64,000 nt of DNA, taken from Selaginella moellendorffii (Eukaryota; Plantae; Lycopodiophyta). The notes below the pieces were generated by a model. It was given only the letters and a program-made list of their open reading frames with translations. It had not been told where the DNA came from and searched no databases. The position numbers and the translations under genes were made by a program. Position 1 is the stretch's first letter. Each line of letters opens with the position of its first letter. This document shows positions 24,121-34,600 of this stretch, piece by piece. The DNA lies in the NCBI RefSeq assembly GCF_000143415.4, contig NW_003314281.1, forward strand, positions 2,213,405 through 2,277,404, read 5' to 3'.

Positions 24121-26229
24121 CTAGCGTGAAATAGCTATGAGGCACAAGTTACTTGCGAGCTAGGAGCAAAAGATAGGGAGATGGAAAAGCAGCAGAGAGA
24201 GGCATATCTTGATTGAGGAGTGTCTTTCTAGTGTCTTGAAGTTTTAATGATAGTTTTAATGTTACTATAATCTATTATAATGTCTGATGCATGTTTGCAC
24301 ATAGATCCAAAGAAGGATTTTCAACACGTGAAGTTTGATAATTAATAATGATATCAGTAATGACATTTGAGTATAATGTGGCAATCCAAGAGGTCTGAAC
24401 TAACTAATAGCACATGTGATGTGTCAAGTTTGTTAAATCTTAAGTGCTAGGTGATGATAAATTTTATCAAATCTTAAGTGCTAAGTAATGATAATTCTTC
24501 AATGAAAGATTCAATTCTTACTATGACTTGAGTTTTATCCATAATTGTGAATACTACTCAATGATATTTAATGCATTTAGGATCTAATACAAAAAAAAAT
24601 AAATTTCTGGATGAAAATTCATTCATTCATGTATTAGTATAGTACAATATATTTCAATATGCCTTATTTATAATCTTTAAAGTTCTTGTAATGATTTCAA
24701 AATATGTACAAAATATTGATGAAAATGCATCCTTTCTAGATAATTTGGAAAAAATAATATCATATCTCTAATAACAGAAATGTTGATAGGTGCTAGTTAT
24801 ATCATCATTAAAATATACAAAATAAAGAACCATAATTCACATATAATAATAATTATAAGATAAAATAAGATCAAAGATATTATGATAGCTGAGATTTAGG
24901 TTATTTGGAATGAACAGCCAGGATGAGAAATTGGTTAGGGTTAGGGCAGCCATCAGCCTTGAGGCCCAGGTTTTTTTAAGGCTCCCTCCCAGAGCGTGAG
25001 AGAGATCCAGAGATAGCGAGAGAGTGTGAGAGATGGAGCATGTGAGATTGCGAGAGATCGGGCACGTAAGAGTGCAAAAGATTGAGCATGCTAGAGTGTG
25101 AGAGATTGAGAGATTGAGATCTCCAGTGCTGGTATCTTCCAAAACTTGAGAGACAGCCTCGTCCTCCTGGTGCCAAGGCCAAGGGCGCGCCGAGGATGTT
25201 CCGGGTAAGCTTTTGTTCTCTCTTTTCCTTTGAAGTTTGTTTGTTTACTCGTTTCTTCTTTTCAGCTCTCCATCGCGCCCCGCCCTGGCAATCCAGCCAT
25301 GGAGCTCTCTTCCATCCTTGAGCAATCTAGCAGCCGCGAATTTCTTGGGGAGCGATGCTGCGAGCTTGCGATCGGCCTCACTGGATGTGATCTCGATGCG
25401 TTTGAGCACCGGGATCATGAAAAGAGGGCCATACATCCAAGGGCCTTGTACTTCATATTCTCAAGAACTTCCGAAGAAAAAGGCTACTTTGGTTTCAATT
25501 GAGGAGACAGTGATGACAGGGGCTTCAAAAGAACCAGCTCAACAATACGCTGACCAGATGCTGCACTACGAGCTGGAAAATGACGTCGGAAAAGATGCTG
25601 TAGAAGTTAGAACCGAGTCTGCTTGTAAGGAATAGTACAGTGGCGATGACAGGAGTACTCCTCAAGTGCTGAATAGTCAAGTGGACGATTGGACCAAAAC
25701 AACTACAATCGTCGGTGAGAAGGAAGTTAACTCTTGAAACATTTAATCCAGGTGACCAGAACATTCGGGAGCCTGTTTCCTAAAGAAGAAAGAAGTCACG
25801 AAGGTTTGCCGCTTTAACATGCTTGCTTTCTTTCTCACTCGCATTACCGGAGGAACTTTTAGACGACTATAAACAAGGTTAAAATTGACTGGAGTGCTCT
25901 ATGGAGTACGAAGTCAAGGCAAGTTCTGTTTGTAAGCCAGCATTTCTTCTATTTGGTCTTCTAAATTCTTCTATGCTTGCTGATTGCAGATAGTTGAAAT
26001 GAAAATGATGATGCTAAACATGAAATCTCAGTATCGGCAGCAGATGACAACTACCGGAAAAGGCCATATCAATCAATGTGAAACTTCTACAGCTGCCAAT
26101 GATGAAAGAGCTTTCCTTGGTTACAAGCAACCAAGCGAAACAAAACGTTGATTTTCTGAAGAAGCAGGATAAAGAAAACTTGAGTAGGGAGCTCTTTTCT
26201 ATAATATCTTTTTCTTATATTATATTGTT

Positions 26230-27200
26230 TAAAATAAAATTTTGGATATGTGAATATCGAGAGGGGAAGTTGCAATAAAAAATTGACTCCATCCTTCAAT
26301 TGAAATAAACTTGTCCATACAAGTTTATCCACGGAAGTTTGTTTTTAAACTAAGTTGTGAATGAACAAGAGTGCCCCTTTATCTTGAAAATATCTACCAT
26401 GGGCCTTGCCTTTAGTATAAATCTTGTCTCCCGAATGGACATGTTTGGGTCCAGTGACCTTGCAAATGCATGGGTACATTTTGACCATATGGAGTACGTA
26501 TTAGGTTGGACAACTATGGGAGCTCATGTGTATGATCTAAAGTAATTTTTATTCTCATTATATTGAAATTGTTGTAATATTTGTGTTTTCATATGCTATA
26601 TTGTAACTTGACAATTGTGACAGTAGAGTTTAAAGTACAAGACCAAACAACCCAAGAAATATTTTGGAAGTCCCTTTCGGATATTGTCCTAAAGCAGACT
26701 GATAAGCTTACAAACTTTCGCAGTTTCATGATAGATGGGGCTAGTGTAAATTGGAATGGTGTTCGAGCAATTTTTGGGAATGGTCAATTATTGGAAGGTT
26801 ATGAGAGTTCCATTGGGCTCAAATCCTAAACTAACACTGCCACTTTATCTAGCCAAAGTTTCAATTAATGTTTAAGGAGTTGTGTAAACAGTGATAGGTT
26901 GCACCTTCTAAAGAAGAGCATAAGGTAAAAGCAAATAAGATTTGAATGTGATGGCGTAAAAATGGCCATACGGATATAAGTTGTTTATTACAACTTGAGT
27001 CATGGTTAGGGTGGTGGGAAGTTAAGATGTTCCAGTAAGGACATCACTCTTTTTAAGTTGGTTTCTATTTTTTCTTCTCATTTTATTGCCTTTTAATATT
27101 GCCTTTTCCATTAGTGGAGTACACTCTCTGAGCTTCTATTGGTGATATGAAGATTATTCGCTTAAAGTGTTGTTTTCCTTTTGCTGGTGAAGATGTTGGT
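26230..27200 (+). mobile_element. MULE-type DDE transposase core remnant (unit 1; also at ~38284-39254, ~50256-51225 and ~62300-63260)
   Basis: AWVHFDH..GWTTMGAHVYD (first Asp), FMIDGASVNWNGVRAIFG (second Asp), then FHWAQ after a small deletion. The opposite-strand homolog near 34225 reads GHERTCEFY*VQS, so the two copies together reconstruct CEFHW, the Mutator-type CxxH motif. Confidence 0.7.
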
Positions 27201-27885
27201 AATAAGAATACTTTTTCTGCAAACATCTTATTTTTTGTTTTAACAAATATCCCTATTATGGCATGTAATAAATATTTAAATTGTTAGAACAAGAAGTGCT
27301 CTTTAGAACATTTTTATCTATATAATATGTATGGAGGTATGAAATTATTAAATTCATAACCTTATTTAAAGTTTTTAATGTTTGTATTAAACTACAATTG
27401 AAATTTGAGCTCAACTTATGAGCTCAACTCTTCAACTTGTGAGTTCAAATATAGTCCACACTCTATAAAATCTATGACATGGATATAAACATGGTTGGAA
27501 CTTAGTGTGTTTTATGATTTAGATAAGTTTAAGGTGCAAATGGTGCAAAGCTATTTTGAGTACACTTTTGGAATATTTACAAAGTCTAATAAATGGTCAG
27601 CTCTTGTTTTGGGTTTAATTTTGTGTTTATCATCAACTTTTAGAATGCTATTATGGTGATCCCATCCAGTATTGTGGAGGATTCAAGGACTAAAATGAAA
27701 TCGAGGAAGTTATGTCTAAAGCTTAGACATGCTAATGTTTTTATCACTATCATCTCCAACTGAGGTTGCTGATTATCAACTCACTTGGCAAGAATAGCAA
27801 AATCAACACATTTTAACACTTTGATTTATAAGAACTACTGCCCTTAAAGAATATACTCAGACAGCGGCGGCTAGGGCTTAAGCCC

Positions 27886-30800
27886 ATGGAGGTGGATGCG
27901 AGCACTGTGGAGGAGTTTGTAGAGTTCATCGAAGACATAGATGGGGCAGAGGGCTGCGAATTTTACCTTGATGATGGTAGAGTGGCGGTACATGATGTTC
28001 TCCAGGAGTTCTCGGCTGTCTTTATCAGTGTGAAGCGCTATGAGCAAGGCAGGGTCAGGTGGAGACGTCTACAGGCAGGGGAAGACGGCCTGAGCAGGTC
28101 TACATATGTGCCTGGATCTTCTCATACTATTCGGGCAACGAAGGCTCCTACACGTAAGTAGCGTTGCCTGGATCTGCCGGCCTGGTGTGGTTTTCGCAAC
28201 TTTGTGGTCTTTGGATCTGTGTTCTTTCTGGGCTGTGCGTTATTTAGGAGTGCTTCTCGTTTCGCCCTTTTTTTGCCTCGTCGCGCCTCTTGCCCCCTGG
28301 CTATGCCGAGTACTGACAAGTTTATATTTCTGTTTCAGCGACCCTGCCGATAACCCTTCAAGCTGCGCCAGGTAAGCAATTGCTGAGCAAAACCACTTCT
28401 TGGCTGGAACTTGGCGTTTACTTGTCGTGGTGCTAGTGCCTGGTCTCTGTGTGTTTGTGAAGCCCTTCGGCTGTTGCCTTTGTTGGTGCGGTGTGTTTTT
28501 TTTGCTGTGTAGCTTGTAGAACGTGTTGCCTGGATTTTTCTGCATCTGCGGCTCTTCGTACGTACGGGGTTATGCTTTGGTGTTTAATGTGTTGGTGTAC
28601 TGTGGCTATTTCTACTACTGACACATTTGTGTTGTTGTAGTGTCGAGGTTGCTGGATGTATACACAAAACAACTGGAGGATGCAAGGTTTCTTCGCGGGA
28701 TGCCGGCGAGGAGGGTGCCAGGCTGCAAATTGCCTCTTGTGGACAACGGTGCGCAGCCGTATTTACATGCGGACTTGGGAGATTATTTTACTTTGGTCGG
28801 AAGGGACGAGACGATTCAGCATCTTATGGCAGCCGCTGCACGGGTCTTTGCAACTTTTATGAACACGACGGCCAGTGCCTCGGATATTGAACGAAAAGAG
28901 TTCATGTTGATGGTCATCGGATTTCCTGGCGCAGGTAAAACAACTGTCGGGTCATGCCTTTCAGCTCTCCTCAGAGAAGCGTGGTTGAGGGGCACAGAAA
29001 CAGGGGCTATAGATGCCATTCTCGAGGACCAGCTTGGTTCTGGTAGGCTTGTCACTCAGTTCAAGGAAATGGTGAATAATGTGTTGGAGACCGGGAAACA
29101 CCTTCGAATGTATCATTCCCTTGAGACGACAAGGACTGGGGGTGCACTTCTGCTTGAGAACGGCCTGGAAGGCGCACAGGTTTTGGCCCTTCGGTCCTTG
29201 CATGCAGCACTTTGTCCAATGAATACGACTGCATATGGTGATTTTCTCAAGGAGTTGGATGGCATATTTCCGGGCCTGAGGAATGTGCTGGCTTTCGGAG
29301 ATGTGGTCGACTTCATTCGAACTGGTCTTAAGGTTCCTGCCGACAAGCGAATTTTCCTATCTTGGTTTTTTGATGAAGTCAATAAGGCTCGACCTCAGCG
29401 AGGTCGCCCAGCTGCATCGTCCTGGATTCATGAAGCTTTCTCGGCCTACGTTCAACATATCAAAGGTAACCGAGGTGGCTTGACGTTTCCTGTACTTACA
29501 GCAGCAACGACCCGATTTTCTGGGGCCACAATGCGTTACACGTCTACGGAGAATGCTACGAGTATTTTTATCCCTATCAGGCCTTTGAAAGAGGAGGAAG
29601 TGGAACATATAACGAAAATTTTCTTTTCAAGACTAGGAGATACTCTCGACATGGAGAAACCATTTGAGTTGAAGGACGGACTAAGGAAGCTGATAAAGTT
29701 AGCAGGAGGTAATCCTAGGATGCTTGATCACCTGTTGAGAGGGTTGATGCCCGAGCACCCTCATCTCGAAGCTTTGAAGTTCTACGAGAAGGTTTGTTCG
29801 GCTCTTTTTTGTCTTTTTTCTTGATGTGATGAGAAGTTTTTTTATGTTTGTTACAGGTGGATCAAGATCTCACCCAAGCCGATCTGTGCAAAACAATAAC
29901 GAATGCGTGGAAACGTATTAAGGGCAGTTATTATCTTCACTACCTTCATGACAGCAACTATTTGTTAGTGCTACGAGCCCTTTATGTTGCGCTGCTGGGG
30001 ACCCTTATCAATCGGGACGACCTAGTATGGCCAGGCATTTACAGTGATAAGTGGGGATTTTTAGAGTCTTGCGGTTTAGTTGGACTCTTACGCAACGAGG
30101 TACTTTTCTGGTATTTCAGAAGTTTATGTGAGTGCTTATGTGGGGTTAATTTACAGGAGGAGCCGCCTCCCCATAAGCAGGTAAAATTATCGAAACAGGA
30201 AGACACAAAGAATGGAATGCGCGCTTTTTCCATCATGTTCTCTCCACTCCTTATATACCATCTTGTCGAGAACCTACATGTGGCGGAGCTGCGACATTTA
30301 TGGCCTCCTATACTGGATTCTAATCCCAAGGTTAAGGAGGTATCAGACCTCATGTGCATTGTCTTCATGATATACATGGGTAAGCTTTTTCATGATCGCG
30401 AGAAGGACACGGTGTTCGAGTTCACACTCAAAGACATTCTCCCCTCAAATTTCCGCGTTCCTGCACGTATGCAAGCTTTGAAGTTCCGGTTGCCAGCTGG
30501 TGCAAGGTTTGGACCTCCGAAACGTCAGCCTCATCAGATTCATGAAGCAGAGGCATTTCAAGCCTTTTTAAATGACAACAAGAAGCAATTCTATTGGGTT
30601 GGTATTGGCAACCATGGACCTGATAGCTTCATCCATCTAAAGCTAGTGGTTGTGGAGGATACGTTGGATGATTTTTTTATATTTCTTGAGAGTAAGCACA
30701 GGGAATGTTATGAAGGCCAACAAGCAAGATGGGAACAAGATTTTCTGAAGAAAACATGGAGGATAGAGCAATGGATAGAAGGTATTTAATTTTATTTGTG

Positions 30801-31336
30801 GGTGGTTAAATGTGTGTCTTTTCAGATGGGGAGTACGCTGTCATTTTTATGACAGACCAAGCATTGCATAACGTGATTCGGAAAGTAAAAAAGCAGGATA
30901 AGATGGTTGTTCCGAAGGTGGATACATGCTATTACGGGTATCCGCAGCAGAGTCCATTTGGTACGTTTTTTTATGCTTTTCTTTTTGTTAGAATTGGTTT
31001 TTATGTTTTTATGTTGTATGTGTAGGTTTATTTAGTGCCGTGAGGCACACATCAATGCTAGCAGCTGCAAGTTGGAGTTGGAGAGGAAAACAAACGAGAG
31101 AACCTTTTGATCCAACCTACGAACCTAGTGGTAATCCACGGGGTGCTGAGCGAAGAACACCACCAAGAACACGCTCTAAAACCCGAGGACAGGTTGGAAG
31201 AACACGCTCTAAAACCCCAGGACAGGTTGGAAGAACACGCTCTAAAACCCGAGGACAGGTTGGAAGAACACGCTCTAAAACCCAAGGACAGGTTGGAAGA
31301 ACACGCTCTAAAGGTGCCACGAAGCGAAAAAGGTAA
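27886..31336 (+). CDS. Crinkler/RHS(CR)-like protein: N-terminal header + STAND/AAA+-like P-loop NTPase + PD-(D/E)xK nuclease + basic repeat tail, ~921 aa (copy 1). Exons 27886-28153, 28339-28371, 28641-29791, 29857-30099, 30157-30781, 30826-30960, 31026-31336
   Basis: All six introns are GT..AG with compatible phases (total 2766 nt = 921 aa + stop); CTGAC branch sites in introns 1 and 2. Walker A GFPGAGKT (28919-28942), Walker B FLSWFFDE (~29372), LAGGNPR (~29705), nuclease motifs NHGPD (GPD at 30616) and IFLESK (ESK at 30688). Confidence 0.85.
31165..31312 (+). repeat. Coding 33-bp minisatellite, ~4.5 copies, encoding RTRSKT(R/P/Q)GQVG (also at 43219-43366 and 55189-55336)
   Basis: Unit AAGAACACGCTCTAAAACCC(GA/CA/AA)GGACAGGTTGG read directly from the sequence. 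Confidence 0.95.
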
Positions 31337-31633
31337 CCAGGAGGTTTGACAAGCACCATCAATGGTTTGCACAAAGTATTAATGTGTGCAATTGTCCTGT
31401 ATAGAAAGAGATATGTATCTTAACCTTAATGGGCGTGAATATCTTTTACCAATACTCACTATATCATTTTTAAGTGTTGTGCTGAATGTGTGGTGAGTGC
31501 TCACACACCACAAAAAAGTTTTTGTGGTGCATGAGCATTCGAGCCCATGCTCTTTTGGAATATTGTAGTTGATACTATATTCACATGCATTGTGATGAGA
31601 GATGGGTCTGAAATTAGACAATACATGGGGTAT

Positions 31634-34600
31634 GATAGTGAGTGTAAATCCCAGCTCCCTCATGCCCACATCAACAGTATAATCAAAGCATTTTGCCACT
31701 TTATGAAAGAGAATTTTCTGTTAGCTACACACATCAGAATTTTTGTAGCCATTGCCAATGCTTAGTGGTAGCAGGGCCTTGGTTTAATGTATTTTTAATA
31801 GCTCTTAGAACAACATGTATAACTTATAGCAGAGAGAAATCAGTCTACTCCAATTTCAATATTGGATCATTTGTGCTACCTAGGGAGGGGGAATAGTCAA
31901 ACTCACCTTGATTCCACCACATACGAGGTGAGCTCCTCCAATAATGTAGAAGCACGAAGTCAGTGAGAGTATTAGAGTTTTAGACAAAGATCTAAAGACC
32001 CAATGAGCTCTTTAATCTGATGCAAATGCAAATCTCACCCACAAGTCTCTTCACACTAGAATTTTAAGAAATCCTGTTCATTGGAAACTTTTTCCAACCA
32101 AGAAAAGGTGGCACCTTGTTCTTAACCCGCAAAATACATTTGGGTTTGTAGCTGTCTTCCACCTGCTTCAATCTAACAACGTCTCTACCAACACTGAGGC
32201 CAGGAGGTGATGTGCTATGCCAATTCCATTGCATTGCACTACAACCAAGTGAGAATCTCGCTAGCTGTGAGAGAAACAAACAATGATTACTTCACAAAAT
32301 TCCTTGGGGATGTCCTATTGCTAGTAGCCAACCATGAAGTAAAACAAAGCCTTCCAAAACACTCTAAAGCTTATTAAAACTGAATGCAATTTTACTGGCA
32401 CTCATAATCTTCTCATTAATCACTAATATCATTTTTAAAACACTTTTGAAGACTTTTAAATGCTTCAGAAAAGGGGTGAAGCCCAACCCAACCCTTCCTT
32501 ATTATTGCCCTCCTTTTTATAGTTGGCTCTCCCAATGATTTCTTCTAGTTCTCTATTGATTGTAGACTTCAAGGAATATCCATGCATCTCCACATCACAT
32601 CCTAAATGTAATGTCGATCAAAACATGATTTCCATTGTTTCCAGGGTTTGGACAGCATAGCTATGCCACATGCCACCACCTAGGATGCAATCCTACTTCT
32701 TTAGGTTTTGCCCAAGCTCATACTTCTCAGCTAATGCTCCCACATTCATTGTTAACAAGTGAATCTTATCCTTGTTTGATCTCTAGGGCCAATCCCAACT
32801 GTCCTTAACAACATCTAAACTTTTGAGGTAGACCCAATAGCACCTTCTTAAAGCTTCTCCACCATCTCTCCCTTAGCTAAAATAGAAAATTCCTATATCT
32901 ACTGCTTTGTGGGAATCTCTAAACCTATCCTAGATTCCTTTTGTTTCAGCATCCCTTTGCCACTTGCTCAATAGGTGATTCCATTCTACACTTGCTCCTT
33001 GGTTGTCTTCTCAAGCTCAAGCAATGCCTCTGCATCCTCTGAGATGTCCTCATCCTTGTCTTTTAGCTTGCTAATGGTGTCCTCTGAGTCATCACCTAGG
33101 TCCAGCTCCTCCCTAGTGAACTCCTCAAATTTCTACTTAGACTCCTCTTCTCCTATCGCTTCCTTCCATAAGATCTTAATTTCCTAGTTCAAAGTCTTTT
33201 CTTGCAACTTTTTCCTTGAGGATCTAGTTGACACGATTGCCTCAATCAGCTTCCCTATTGTCCAAAGCTGCCACACCATAAGCTCCTATAATATAGAGCT
33301 CTCCTCCACAATTTAATTGTTTTTTTGAATCTTTATTAGTGTGTTTTCATATTGGGTGTTGAACTCCATAATTTGTTATTCAAATTCTAACTTTTGTTGT
33401 CCCTGTGCCTTTACTAAATGTTGTATGATATAGTAAGCAATTTCAACCTGTTGTGATGCACTCTTTTTATCAGCCATTTTAGGTGGCTTTATCTGAGGGC
33501 AGTGTATTAGAGTAGAATGATACTCAACATCAGGCATATGAGAGCTTTTTACTCTAATGTCTATGCCAACATCTTCACTAACAAAGGAAAAACAATGCTT
33601 TGAGTGGACTATCTTCATATCATTAATAGAAGCTCGAGAAGTGTACTCCATAGATATGCCGTGGAGCACTTCCTCAATTGCAGTTACCATTATTTAGGCG
33701 GGTGGAGTCAATTTTCTCTTCATCCTATCATGTAACATCTCAATAGAAAGCCTTGTTCCCATGTAACCACTTGAGGACCTCGCATACACCCCAATTGTGA
33801 ATCTCTCCAAAAGTAAGCACTAGAGTTGGCATTTCTCTGAAGCAGGGAAAGGGAAGATGAGTCTATATGAAGTCTATTAAATTTAATATGCACTATAAAG
33901 CAATCTTCAAAAGTGTTCCAATTTGAGGAGATATTAAAAAGCAATAAAATGACAAGAAAAATAGAAACCAACTTAAAAAGAGTGATGTCCCCATTGGAAC
34001 ATCCTAACTTTTACCACCTTAACTATGACTCAAGTTGAGGTAAGCAACTTGTGTCTGCATAGCCACCTTCACGCCATCATATTTAAATTTTATTTACCTT
34101 TGCCTTGTGCTTTTCTTTAAAGGATGCAGGTTGCCATTATTTGCACAACTCCTTAAACACTGATTGAAACTTTGGCTTGATAAGATGGTAGTGTTAGTTT
34201 AGGCTCTGAACCTAATAGAACTCACAAGTCCTCTCATGACCTTCCAATGGTTAACTAGTTCTAAAAATTGCTTGGACACCATTCTAGTTTGCACTAGCCC
34301 TATCTACCATGAAATAACAAAATTTTATAGGCTTCCAGTCCGCTTTAGCATAATATCAAAAAGGGACTTCCAAAATATTTCCTGGGTTGTTTGGTTTTTT
34401 ACTTTAAACTTTATTGTTGCAATTGTCAAGTTACAATATAGCCTATGAAAAAACAAATATTACAACCATTTCAATATAATGAGAATAAAAATTACCTTGG
34501 ATACATGTGAGCTCCCATAGTTGTCCAACCTAATACACGCTCCATATGGTCAAAATGTACCCCTACATTGTAGAGATTCACACATCCAATTTTTTATCCT

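Noticed and set aside
24933-24946. Telomeric repeat (GGTTAGGGTTAGGG; also near 1795)
   Set aside because: Only two units, embedded in TE sequence; not an array.
28640-29824. Canonical NB-ARC/NLR resistance gene
   Set aside because: No RNBS/GLPL/MHD motifs and no TIR, CC or LRR region; the C-terminus is nuclease-like instead.
28640-30789. Two-gene prokaryotic operon (394-aa ATPase + 313-aa nuclease)
   Set aside because: The ORFs start at GTG/TTG overlapping splice acceptors and end in T-rich intron sequence; canonical phase-compatible introns join them into one gene.
28816-31374. Antisense and alternative-frame short ORFs over the main gene
   Set aside because: Shadow ORFs of GC-richer coding DNA and of a stop-free 33-bp repeat; no motifs.
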